Shown: positions 54,900 through 64,000 of the stretch, piece after piece
Layout of the letters: each line of letters starts with the position of its first letter
Numbering within the stretch: the stretch's first letter is position 1
DNA from: a virus
IMG/VR virus record: IMGVR_UViG_3300034072_001093
Coordinates: 11,062 to 75,061 of that record
Length of the DNA: 64,000 bases
Reading direction: 5' to 3' (one strand)
Program-made: the position numbers and the translations under genes
The notes under the pieces: model-generated
Databases searched by the model: none
Told to the model about the DNA's origin: nothing
Seen by the model: only the letters and a program-made list of their open reading frames with translations

Positions 54900-56270
54900 C
54901 CACGATTGAAGGGGGGTGGGTCTGTGTTTTGTGTTCAGGAGATACCGGGGGGGTGTTTTTGTGTTGGGGTGGTGCTCCGCACCAATACCCTACAACCGGA
55001 CATAGCTATGGCTATCACAGAAACCCGCAAAACTATCTCCAAGTTAATAGACTCAACTTGGGGCTAACCCGTGTCTATCTGGGACGAGCGGATTCCATTG
55101 TATAAAATAGACTGTTGACTATCCTACATACCGAGACATAAAACCCGGTCTGAGGGTGAGCGAACATGCTCTTGATGCTGCGAAAAAATTTCTGAGAGTA
55201 CCGATCGAGGGGGAACCACCTGCAAGTGGTAGGGGTATCCACCCCAACGAAAGCTTGGCAAGTCTGAGCCAAGTGACCTCCGATCGAGACGATTCCGTTA
55301 CCGTGCACCGTGCTATCGATCCCGTTCTCTGGGTTTTTCGGGACGAAGCTAGATGAGGCGACTGGCTCGAAAGAGCGCATTGGACTTTGGTCGGTCCTAT
55401 TGCGATCTGCTGGATAAGCTGTCTATGGGTTTGCTGGGAGCGGATGAAAATGGAGAGACAGGACCGGAGCTCTATGGTCAGTGACCCTGGCTCATTGTTG
55501 TTTCGGCCCTGTCTCTCTTCCCCCCTCACGAGTGAAGCAACGCGACAAGCTTCCTCGGAGAATCTGCCGGATTGTTGAACCAGTCAGGGCTGGTAACGGT
55601 TCAGGAACTGGGACCCTCATGGCTCGCTAAAAGAGAACCAGTTGGGCAGGAAGATCGTTCCCCACCGTCTGCGGCTGTTATTATCCCCACGCACCGCTAG
55701 GGTATCTGCGCTCCACACATTCGTGCGAACATGCTGAAAGAAAGACACGATCCCGCAGCACACCCCGATTATAGGTGAGACGGGACTCCCTGTGAATCGA
55801 TATTTTCAATGGAACCAGGGCTAAGAGCTTGATTCGGCGCACATATCTATGTGCCTGGGAACCAGGAACATGAGTTTCCTGGGCAGAACTTGTTCGCCTG
55901 TGTGCGCGAGTATCTCGACAAAATAATTTGAAATCCAGGAGGCGGTAGCCCCTCTCTCCCCCTCTGGAATACCGTCAGGTATTTCAGACATCTCTCTCTC
56001 TCTCATATCTCTCTAAGAGATATAAGGGCTCCGTGGGTGAGGAGGTCATTTCCGGTAGAAGGGTCCTCGGCGGCGTGGCCTGCCGGGGGCTCTTGTGTGC
56101 CAACGATATATGACCTAAAACCCAACCTGTCCAGAGCCACTGCACCGACATCGATCGAGAGCAACACGGCCAGGGACCAGGAGCCCTCCCCGCCGCGGCG
56201 CAGCCGCATGAGCGAGGGATGGGGCGACGGTCCCGTCAGACCCCCCAGACATAACCAGCCAATAAGAGGG
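54900..56270. other. Probable genome-end / terminal repeat region
   Basis: Gene-poor, between divergent early (-) and late (+) modules, where the ends of an N4-like genome would join. Confidence 0.55.
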
Positions 56271-56277
56271 AATACCC

Positions 56278-56550
56278 ATGGCTCCTGAAGATACCTCCGA
56301 GCAGCTGGAGCTGTTCGCCGATACCGAAGACAAAGACGCCAACTTCGTCGATTTGCCTGAAGGCCCAGTCGAAGCTGAGCCGATGACCTACGGGGCCTTC
56401 CTGGCTCAGATCGATCGGATCCCCGTCGAGACCTTCCCGAACGACACTGCCGGCCACATGATCCACCTCGGGGACAACAAGGCAACCTGGCTCCCCGATG
56501 ACGTGTTCCACGCCGTCTTTGTTTCGACCGAAGGCGTGACCATCCACTGA
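56278..56550 (+). CDS. Small protein with QLELF motif and EAEPMT..W.P..VF domain
   Basis: GAGGG RBS, 90 aa. The pattern resembles a small phage domain I recall being fused to Tad2/Acb-type proteins. Confidence 0.6.
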   Translation: MAPEDTSEQLELFADTEDKDANFVDLPEGPVEAEPMTYGAFLAQIDRIPVETFPNDTAGHMIHLGDNKATWLPDDVFHAVFVSTEGVTIH

Positions 56551-56601
56551 GCCCCACTGGCTCCAACCTCTCAACGACAAGAGTCCGGAAAGGACCGACC
56601 C

Positions 56602-56892
56602 ATGAATATCAGTCAGCAAGAAGCCCTCTACGAGCAGCGCAAGCAGGAGATGCAGACCCAGGGCATCCACCCTGCCCCCTCCGGCTTCTCCGAGCAGCAG
56701 CTCAAGGACGATCCGATCCTGCGGTATTTCTATTTCGAGCACCTGCCCGACCAGCTGCGGGCGACCTCGGTCAAGTTCTATGAGCTTGCCTGGTTCCTGA
56801 TCTCGGTGCTGCCTCGCAACGCTGAGCGCTCTGTGGCCCTCAGGAAGCTCCTGGAAGCCAAGGACGCGGCCGTGCGGGCGAACGTGGGCTGA
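56602..56892 (+). CDS. Conserved phage helical-hairpin protein (possibly Acb2/Tad1-like)
   Basis: YF..EHLP..L...S..F.ELA....LP..AERSVALRKLLEAKDAAVRA. AAAGGA RBS. Confidence 0.6.
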   Translation: MNISQQEALYEQRKQEMQTQGIHPAPSGFSEQQLKDDPILRYFYFEHLPDQLRATSVKFYELAWFLISVLPRNAERSVALRKLLEAKDAAVRANVG

Positions 56893-56924
56893 CGAGCTCT
56901 AGGAGGCTCTAGAGAGGGTTATTC

Positions 56925-56952
56925 GGGCGGGCACCGACCAAAGTGCCCGCCC
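56925..56952 (+). terminator. Hairpin
   Basis: GGGCGGGCAC-CGACCAAA-GTGCCCGCCC. Confidence 0.5.
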
Positions 56953-57055
56953 CTCCCTTACGGAGACCCCGGTAACCCAGAAAAGAAAGCCGGGGCACAG
57001 GGCCTATCTCATGAGTCCCACAGTGGCACAACGATAAGATTCAGGGTAACTGAAC

Positions 57056-57733
57056 ATGATTACTAAGGACCAGGTGGAGCTCGCTCTACCCGCAAACCTC
57101 AAGTCTGCTGCCACTCAGCAGCTGGTCGACAAGATCAATAACATAGTTAGCGATCCCATCGTCGCAGAGAACGTCCGCGAAAATTTCCTGAGCTATGCCT
57201 CAGTGCTGAAGGAAGGCCGGTTCAAGACCGAGGATTACCTCCATGCCGTGGTCTACGTGAGCCACAAGGTCATGGGGATGAACAACAAGGACGCCTACGC
57301 GGCGACCTTCCCTGCCCGCTATGCCGCCCTCGTCGCCAAGGGGATCCCCGACAAGGACATCTCGGCCTACGTCGCTGCCTACCACAAGGGCAAGCTCGTG
57401 AACCTGATCATGGAGCAGACCCTGGTTCCGACCTGGATCCTCAACCAGGAGATTTTCCAGAAGGCGATCAACGTCCAGGCCGACCTTATGATGAACGCGA
57501 ACAGCGAAAAGGTTCGCTCGGACGCTGCCAACTCCATCCTCACGCACCTCGCAAAACCCAAGGAAGCTGCGGCTCCGGTGCAGATCAACCTGGCCGAAAA
57601 CTCGGGTATGACCGAGATGAAAGAGATGCTCGCTCGCATGGCTCGCACGCAGCAGGAGCTGATTGCAAGCGGTGTCGATACCCGATCGATCGCTGGCCAA
57701 GCCCTCATTGAAGGGAAGGTCACCGAGGTATGA
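57056..57733 (+). CDS. N4 gp69-like protein (putative small terminase)
   Basis: ALP.NLK, YVSHKVMG, YHKGKLV..I.EQ and SEKVRSDAANSILTHL. Coupled to terL. Confidence 0.8.
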   Translation: MITKDQVELALPANLKSAATQQLVDKINNIVSDPIVAENVRENFLSYASVLKEGRFKTEDYLHAVVYVSHKVMGMNNKDAYAATFPARYAALVAKGIPDKDISAYVAAYHKGKLVNLIMEQTLVPTWILNQEIFQKAINVQADLMMNANSEKVRSDAANSILTHLAKPKEAAAPVQINLAENSGMTEMKEMLARMARTQQELIASGVDTRSIAGQALIEGKVTEV

Positions 57734-59319
57734 GCGTCGTTAAGCAGGAACTCGACGACTGGTTGGATCAGGTCAACTACGCTGAACTCAACTCGAGCAG
57801 CTACATTCCCACAGAGTTTGCCCTCACTTTCATGAACTTCATCAAACTGGTGAACGGAGTGGAGGGTGAGTCCCATAAGACTCCCCCCGTCCACCTGAAG
57901 ATGCTGGACAAAGTGACCAGTCCACGCGGGTATGTGGCCAATCTGTGCTTCCGAGGCGCCGCTAAGACCACACTCTTCGCGGAATACTTCTCACTCTTTC
58001 TGGGAATGTTCGGCTACCTCCCTGGTCTGGGGAAGGTCGAGGGCATGATCTATGTCTCTGACTCCATGGACAACGGCGTCAAGTCGGCCCGCAAGAACAT
58101 CGAGTTCCGGTACAACAACTCCGAGTTCCTGCAGGAATGGATCCCCAAGGCCACCTTCACGGACAATTACATCGAGTTCATCGGCAAAGAGGGCAACCGC
58201 CTGGGCATCAAGATGTTCGGTGCCAAGACCGGCCTTCGCGGAACCAAGATCTTCGGCAAGCGCCCGGTCCTGGCTGTGCTCGATGACCTCGTGTCGGACG
58301 ACGATGCCAAGTCCAAGGCGGCAATGATCGCCATCAAGGACACGGTTTACAAAGGCGTCAACCACGCTCTGGACCCGACCCGGCGAAAGGTGATCTTCAA
58401 CGGAACGCCCTTCAACAAGGACGACATCCTCATCGAGGCCGTTGAGTCCGGTGCCTGGGACGTCAACGTGTGGCCGGTGTGCGAGCGCTTCCCCTGCGAG
58501 CGAGATGAGTTCGTCGGGGCCTGGGAAGATCGCTTCACCTACGATTACGTCAAAGAGCAGTACGACATGGCGGTTGCCACCGGCAAGCTGGCTGCCTTCA
58601 TGCAGGAGCTGATGCTCCGGATCACCTCCGATGAAGAGCGTCTCGTGCTCGACAGCGACGTTCGCTGGTACAGCCGGGAGCATCTGCTGCGGAATCTGGG
58701 ATCGTTCAACTTCTACATCACCACCGACTTTGCCACCTCGGAAAAACAGACGGCCGACTATTCGGTCATCTCGGTCTGGGCCTATAATGCGAACGGGGAC
58801 TGGTTCTGGGTTGACGGGATCTGTGTTCGCCAATCGATGGACAAGTCGATTGATGACTTGTTTCGCCTGGTGCAATTGTATAAACCTCAGCAGGTAGGCG
58901 TCGAGATCACGGGCCAACAGGGAGCTTTCATCTCCTGGATGCAGAGGGAAATGCTGAACCGGAATATCTGGTTCAACTTCGCCTCCTCCGAGAAGAGCAA
59001 CACCCCTGGCATTCGTCCAATCACCGACAAGCTCTCCCGATTTAATCTGGTCGTTCCCTGGTTCAAATCCGGGAAAATGTATTTCCCCCAGGAATGGAAG
59101 CACCTGCAGATCATGAACTTGTTCATGGGGCAGCTTCGCCTGGTCACGGCCAGCGGGATCAAGGGCAAGGACGACTGCATCGATACGATCTCGATGCTCG
59201 GCTACCTCAACCCGTGGAAACCTTCCGTTTCAGCTCCTGCAACACCCAACGAGGTGAGCCTGTGGGAGGAGGAGGAAGCCCAGGGATACGGTGGGGGAAT
59301 GTCCTCTTACGTGGTCTGA
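57730..59319 (+). CDS. terL: Terminase large subunit (N4 gp68-like)
   Basis: CFRGAAKTT, LDDL, NGTPF, TTDFATS and KDDCIDTISML. Confidence 0.95.
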   Translation: MSVVKQELDDWLDQVNYAELNSSSYIPTEFALTFMNFIKLVNGVEGESHKTPPVHLKMLDKVTSPRGYVANLCFRGAAKTTLFAEYFSLFLGMFGYLPGLGKVEGMIYVSDSMDNGVKSARKNIEFRYNNSEFLQEWIPKATFTDNYIEFIGKEGNRLGIKMFGAKTGLRGTKIFGKRPVLAVLDDLVSDDDAKSKAAMIAIKDTVYKGVNHALDPTRRKVIFNGTPFNKDDILIEAVESGAWDVNVWPVCERFPCERDEFVGAWEDRFTYDYVKEQYDMAVATGKLAAFMQELMLRITSDEERLVLDSDVRWYSREHLLRNLGSFNFYITTDFATSEKQTADYSVISVWAYNANGDWFWVDGICVRQSMDKSIDDLFRLVQLYKPQQVGVEITGQQGAFISWMQREMLNRNIWFNFASSEKSNTPGIRPITDKLSRFNLVVPWFKSGKMYFPQEWKHLQIMNLFMGQLRLVTASGIKGKDDCIDTISMLGYLNPWKPSVSAPATPNEVSLWEEEEAQGYGGGMSSYVV

Positions 59320-59370
59320 CATCCTACAGATCAGCTCACTCGCAAAAAACAGAACATAAGCGGGGTCTGA

Positions 59371-60084
59371 ATGAACGTACTCGAGCTCTTCCGGAAGCTC
59401 TCCTTCGGGGAATTTTCGAACATCGCCATAGGCAATGACGGCAACGGCACCATCTCGGATGGTGCCAAGCCCCGCGTTGTCATGCACGCAAACGAAGGGC
59501 TCCAGCAGCTCTACAGCCGGTTCATCCTATCGGAGAAGAGCCTGCTCCTGACGTGCTTGTCGCATGTATCGACCTACCATCTGGATCCTATCCACGCCCT
59601 GAGCCAGGCGTCCGAAGACAACCCCAACGACATCTACCTGATCGACAGCCCCGACGATCCCTTCATCGGTGATGTGGTCAAGGTGCTGGAAGCTTGGGAT
59701 AACACCCAGAAGCCGATGCCTCTGAACCAGGCGAGCAATCCGCGGTCGCTGCACACGCCGAAGTTCGACGTGGTGCAGGTGCCGATGCCTATGGTCGATC
59801 AGGTGATTGCCCTGAATTACCAGGCCTACCACCCTACCCTGCTCGATGCGGGCGACGACTACGAGGAGCAGGAGATCTTCCTGCCCCGGTTTTTGGAAAG
59901 CGCCCTCACCGCGTACATCGCCCACAAGGTCTATGCCGACATGGGGACTGATACCTCGGTGTCGAAAAGCCAGCTCTACCTCAACCGCTACGAGATGGCC
60001 TGCAAGGGTGTCGAGGAGAAAGACCTCGTGAGCAACACCCGCTCGAACAGCGGCAACCTCTTCGAACTGAACGGATGGATTTGA
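59371..60084 (+). CDS. N4 gp67-like head-tail adaptor/tail protein
   Basis: LSFGEFSN, NEGL..LYSRF and F..NGWI C-terminus. Confidence 0.8.
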   Translation: MNVLELFRKLSFGEFSNIAIGNDGNGTISDGAKPRVVMHANEGLQQLYSRFILSEKSLLLTCLSHVSTYHLDPIHALSQASEDNPNDIYLIDSPDDPFIGDVVKVLEAWDNTQKPMPLNQASNPRSLHTPKFDVVQVPMPMVDQVIALNYQAYHPTLLDAGDDYEEQEIFLPRFLESALTAYIAHKVYADMGTDTSVSKSQLYLNRYEMACKGVEEKDLVSNTRSNSGNLFELNGWI

Positions 60085-60085
60085 T

Positions 60086-60514
60086 ATGGGAATGAACGTG
60101 TTTGGCTCGCCGTCGGCGGTGGGTCTCATCGAGCGGATGCTCGGCCCGGCCTACCAGTCGGTGAAGATCGTCGCCGATCATATCGGCATCTTGAAGACGA
60201 TAGCCACCAATATCGGCGATGTGAAGGACGCTGCCCGGAACAAGGCCCGGGCAATCACGACGCTCGAGGATCAGGCAGGTGCCCTTGGCTCCACGACCTA
60301 TGTCGAGCTGCCCTTCGGTCTGCATGAGACCTCGATCATGGATGTGCAGGTGGTCCTGGTTGGGACCGGTGTCGACAAGCCGCTCTACTCGGAGAGCTCG
60401 GGCCACTTCACTAGCAAGACCCGTCTCGGCTTCGTCGAGGTGGCGCTCAAACCTGGAGCGCCGGCTGAACTGGCAGGCGCAGATATCCGCGTCACCGTCT
60501 TCCACAAAATCTGA
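60086..60514 (+). CDS. Hypothetical virion-associated protein
   Basis: 142 aa. The LIERMLGPAYQSVK.VA N-terminus resembles N4-like tail-fibre/appendage anchor segments. Confidence 0.55.
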   Translation: MGMNVFGSPSAVGLIERMLGPAYQSVKIVADHIGILKTIATNIGDVKDAARNKARAITTLEDQAGALGSTTYVELPFGLHETSIMDVQVVLVGTGVDKPLYSESSGHFTSKTRLGFVEVALKPGAPAELAGADIRVTVFHKI

Positions 60515-60531
60515 ACCAGGACCCCACCTGA

Positions 60532-63500
60532 ATGACGCACCAGCCAAAGCATAATAACAACCTGCTGGACATCTCTCCCAAGCAACTGATCTTCCCGGCA
60601 ACGGCGGCATTCAACATGTCGCCGGTGCTTGAGGTCGTGCTGGAGAACAAAGGCTGGGCGGACATCGTCCTCAATGACATCGAGGTGGTGGGCAACTTCA
60701 CGATCGACACCTCCGGGTGTCCCAAAGCTCTGAAGGGTGGGCAGACTGCAAAGCTGCGGGTATGCTTTACCCCTCAGGCACCCGGTTATCCCACAGGTCT
60801 GGTGAGGATCAATGCCGGTCAGTCCGGCAAATTCGATGTCAAGCTTCAGGGCACCGCCTATATTCCGGCAGGCGGATACACCATTCTGGTGGACACCTTG
60901 GCTCAGATCCAAAGCCAGGATGGTCTTCTGTTTCCCGATGGGCACTATGCCCAGGTCGTGGATGATCCGAACCCGGACAACAACGGTGTCTGGAAGAAAG
61001 TCGGTGCTCCTGGTTCCGGACACTGGGATGGTCCGATCGACGGGTTTCTCGGAAAACGAGGGGAGCCTGGTGCTCCCGGTCAGCCTGGTCCGAAAGGCGA
61101 CAAGGGCGATGCCGGAATTGGTGAGCCCGGTCCCCGCGGTGAAGCTGGTCCTGAAGGACCTCCGGGACCCAAAGGCGATCCCGGTGTTCCCGGTCCTAAA
61201 GGTGATCCGGGTGCTCCTGGTATGCGTGGGCAGCCAGGTCCGAAAGGCGACAAAGGTGACCCTGGCCAGCCTGGCCCCAAAGGCAATCCCGGTGCTTTCG
61301 GGAAAGACGGACCGAGTCTCTACATCGTGGCCAGTCCGCGACCAAACTTCACTTATGAAGACGGCAAGCCTGTGCCTGCAGTGCAGGTCATCACGTTCAC
61401 GGCCTTCCTCGATGGTGTTGCCGCTGAAGTGGCCTGGACCACCGCACCCAATGTGAAGTCCCACACTGGCAGCGCTCTGACGCTCAAGCCGGAAGATATG
61501 GCTGCCCACCAGACGGTCAGCATTGTGGCGACCACAGACACGGGCGTGAAGGCCGTCACTCATGTGACGAAGCTGAGCAGCTTCAAGGCAACCTTCGGTG
61601 CTCCCATTGGTTCGCCGATCGGAGATCGCCTGGCTGAAGATCTGGTGGCTGACGTCGCCGGTCTCTTCGAGACCTATGGCGACACGATGAGTGCTGCGAA
61701 CAGCGCTCTCCTGGCCAACCTGGCAAAGGATGCAGCTGCGGCTCACGAAGCCAATGCAGCAATCGCCCAGGCGAATGTTGATCTGGCACTGGCTCAGGCG
61801 AAGCCCGCATTTGACGCAATCGACGGTGCAGTAGCTCTGGCCTCGCAGCGTGCAGCTGATGCGACCACCGCCCAGTCGCTCGCAGAGCAGGCAAAGGACA
61901 TTGGTCTTGCTGCCCGTGTCGCAGCCGAAACGGCCAAGGCCCAAGCAGAGACCGCCCGAGCTGACGCTGTCCAACAGGCTCTGCTGTCTGGTGGCTACGC
62001 TGCCACGACCAGCGCCCATCGTGATGAGGCTGGGAACTATGCTGGCGTCAGCACAGCCCAGGCGATCGCGGCTCAGGTCCAGTCGAACACTGCAGGTCAG
62101 CACGCTCTTGCTGCGGCTTCTGAAGCCAGCACAGCTACCGCTCAGCGCAATGACGCAGAGGTCTTCGCCTTCGCTGCCAACAGCAGCAAGGTCGAGGCTG
62201 AAGCAGCTGCAGGGGCATCTGCCGAGCGAGCAGCCCAGGCTGGCATTCACGAGACGAACGCAGGCCAGTCCGCCTATGCTGCCCAGCAGGACCGAGCTCG
62301 TGCTGAGACGGCACGCAGCGATGCTGAGGCTTTCCGGAACCAGTCGGCAGCCTCAGAGACCAATGCTGCTGGTTCAGCGGCAGCGGCGTTTCTCGACGCT
62401 GGCATCGCAACTACTGCCCGGAACCAGTCGGAAGGCTTTGCCAACGCATCGGCGAGCAACGCCCAGACTGCGATCTCGAAGGCGAACGAAGCTGGCCAGA
62501 GTGCCCAGGCTGCCAGCACCGATCGGATTGCTGCACAGACCGCCAGGGGAGATGCTGAAGCGTTCCGGAACCAGGCGGTTCAATCGGAGCAGAGTGCTGC
62601 AGGGAGCATGAACACCGCCACCCAGCAGGCCAACTTGGCGACCCAGGCTCGTAATGACGCTCTTGGTCACGCCAATGCGGCTGCGGGCCAGGCACAGACT
62701 GCCACCTCGAAAGCAACGGAGGCCGGACAACACGCCAGTGCTGCTCAGGCCGATCGTGTGGCAGCTGAAACCGCCAAAGGATCCGCCCTTGCTTCCGAAG
62801 GTCGGGCTGCCGTCAGTGAGAGCAATGCTCTAAGCAGCGCCAACAGCGCTGCCGCTCAACAGCTGCTATCGGCACAGGCGCGAGACTCTGCCCGCGCAGC
62901 AGCACGATCGACGATACCCGACAACTTCCTTGATCCGGCCAACTGGGAGAGAAATCTAGGTTGGGGCGGCAATGTCGAGTTCGTAAACGGCATTGCCAAA
63001 ACCACGACTGGTGGCGCTTTCAACGGAGCATTCGGCATCGCCATCGCTCCGGGCCAGCACTATCGAATGACTGTTCGCTACCGGGTCGTGAACCAGGGTG
63101 GGGGCACTACCTACATAGGGCTGATTCCGCTACCGAGCAATATCCTCTTCTGGCTCCACAACGAAAGCTCTCCTCCGGTTGGCCAGTGGCGAACGGTTGA
63201 GCTCGTATTCAGCGCGGACGATTATTTCGAACCGGGTGTAAACCCGACTTTTGAAGTCCGTCCTGTCGTGCTTATCGGATACCCCACGGTGACTGATGGC
63301 GAGGCAGTCCTGTGCCGACTTGAGAACATCACGGCCGAGAGGCGCTCTTCTAATTTTGCCAATGCGTCGAACCAGTCCGCTCAGACGGCAGCTGCTCATG
63401 CAGGCACTGCAGGAGAATTTGCCTCGGCAGCTAACCAGGCAAAGATCGATGCGCAGACTGCTCGAAGCCAGTCCCTTGGTTACAGAGATGAAGCTGTCTC

Positions 63501-64000
63501 GGCGAGGAACACTGCGACCGAGGCAGCCTCTACAGCCACTGCTCAGCAGCAGCTGGCTACTCAGGCCCGGAATGATGCAGGCGGTCACGCAAATGCGGCT
63601 CTGGGTCACGCTCAGACTGCCCAGTCTCACTCGACTGATGCAGGCATCCGATCGGCTGCGGCTGAAACTAGCAGGATTGCTGCTCAAGCTGCCAATGGTT
63701 CGGCCCAAACCGCTGCCGAGGCTGCAGGTGGATCAGCCACTCAGGCTGATGGGTTCCGGGCTGCTGCTCAGACGGCATCGAATCTGTCGGCACGTTATGC
63801 CAACCAGGCTGCCCGCCTGGCTTCCGGCAACCTCGTGCGTCAACCGACCTTCGAGAGCGGCAACCGTGATGGTTGGGAAGCGATCGGCGACGCCGGCGAC
63901 TGGGGCCTCAATGTGTCGCCCAGGGGCTTCACGGGAGGCCGCTGGTTCAATGGCCGTGACAACCTCATTTACAACGGTCCTCTCAACGCAATCAAGCAGA
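60532..64000 (+). CDS. Long tail fibre / appendage protein (3' truncated, not in ORF track)
   Basis: Open from ATG 60532 to the window end ([21 protein letters not shown]...). Ig-like N-terminus, ~30 Gly-X-Y triplets, long Ala-rich helical repeats, CBM-like beta inserts (~62920-63330 and from ~63830). Confidence 0.8.
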   Translation, partial: MTHQPKHNNNLLDISPKQLIFPATAAFNMSPVLEVVLENKGWADIVLNDIEVVGNFTIDTSGCPKALKGGQTAKLRVCFTPQAPGYPTGLVRINAGQSGKFDVKLQGTAYIPAGGYTILVDTLAQIQSQDGLLFPDGHYAQVVDDPNPDNNGVWKKVGAPGSGHWDGPIDGFLGKRGEPGAPGQPGPKGDKGDAGIGEPGPRGEAGPEGPPGPKGDPGVPGPKGDPGAPGMRGQPGPKGDKGDPGQPGPKGNPGAFGKDGPSLYIVASPRPNFTYEDGKPVPAVQVITFTAFLDGVAAEVAWTTAPNVKSHTGSALTLKPEDMAAHQTVSIVATTDTGVKAVTHVTKLSSFKATFGAPIGSPIGDRLAEDLVADVAGLFETYGDTMSAANSALLANLAKDAAAAHEANAAIAQANVDLALAQAKPAFDAIDGAVALASQRAADATTAQSLAEQAKDIGLAARVAAETAKAQAETARADAVQQALLSGGYAATTSAHRDEAGNYAGVSTAQAIAAQVQSNTAGQHALAAASEASTATAQRNDAEVFAFAANSSKVEAEAAAGASAERAAQAGIHETNAGQSAYAAQQDRARAETARSDAEAFRNQSAASETNAAGSAAAAFLDAGIATTARNQSEGFANASASNAQTAISKANEAGQSAQAASTDRIAAQTARGDAEAFRNQAVQSEQSAAGSMNTATQQANLATQARNDALGHANAAAGQAQTATSKATEAGQHASAAQADRVAAETAKGSALASEGRAAVSESNALSSANSAAAQQLLSAQARDSARAAARSTIPDNFLDPANWERNLGWGGNVEFVNGIAKTTTGGAFNGAFGIAIAPGQHYRMTVRYRVVNQGGGTTYIGLIPLPSNILFWLHNESSPPVGQWRTVELVFSADDYFEPGVNPTFEVRPVVLIGYPTVTDGEAVLCRLENITAERRSSNFANASNQSAQTAAAHAGTAGEFASAANQAKIDAQTARSQSLGYRDEAVSARNTATEAASTATAQQQLATQARNDAGGHANAALGHAQTAQSHSTDAGIRSAAAETSRIAAQAANGSAQTAAEAAGGSATQADGFRAAAQTASNLSARYANQAARLASGNLVRQPTFESGNRDGWEAIGDAGDWGLNVSPRGFTGGRWFNGRDNLIYNGPLNAIKQ
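61042..61317 (+). repeat. Collagen-like Gly-X-Y repeat coding region
   Basis: [21 protein letters not shown]...[15 protein letters not shown]. Confidence 0.9.

Noticed and set aside
55075-56006. Short ORFs in the putative terminal region (55075-55380, 55119-55529, 55156-55356, 55387-55578, 55821-56006)
   Set aside because: Overlapping on both strands, atypical codon use, no clear RBS or motifs.

Overview
This window is about 64 kb of an N4-like (Schitoviridae-type) podophage genome, circularly permuted. The host is probably an alphaproteobacterium. The + strand from 1 to 20.7 kb holds the end of the late/virion module: gp58/57-like genes, major capsid, gp55-51-like genes and a 3581-aa virion RNA polymerase. 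The - strand from 54.8 kb down to 20.8 kb holds early and middle genes: gp2-like activator, two-subunit RNAP II, MoxR/VWA pair, dCMP deaminase, ThyX, rIIA/B, helicase, family A DNA polymerase, primase, SSB and a RuvC-like resolvase. A ~1.4 kb gene-poor stretch (54.9-56.3 kb) probably holds the genome ends. The + strand from 56.3 kb holds the terminase and tail genes. The most striking feature is an apparently complete lysogeny module in a lineage regarded as mainly lytic: a tyrosine integrase with an intact catalytic set, an upstream Xis/RDF-like gene, an attP made of the 3' 48 bp of a tRNA with a CAT anticodon, and flanking arm-like repeats. A palindromic ATGT-NN-ACAT site occurs at three sigma70-like promoters, and there is a candidate winged-helix repressor. 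Other points of interest: an unannotated 22-aa peptide with a sliding-clamp-type motif, a candidate anti-defence gene pair, a homing endonuclease whose tail duplicates the end of thyX, atypical vRNAP hairpin promoters, and an AACCCAGA leader motif seen 18 times on the - strand. All calls come from reading motifs and synteny by eye; no searches were run.
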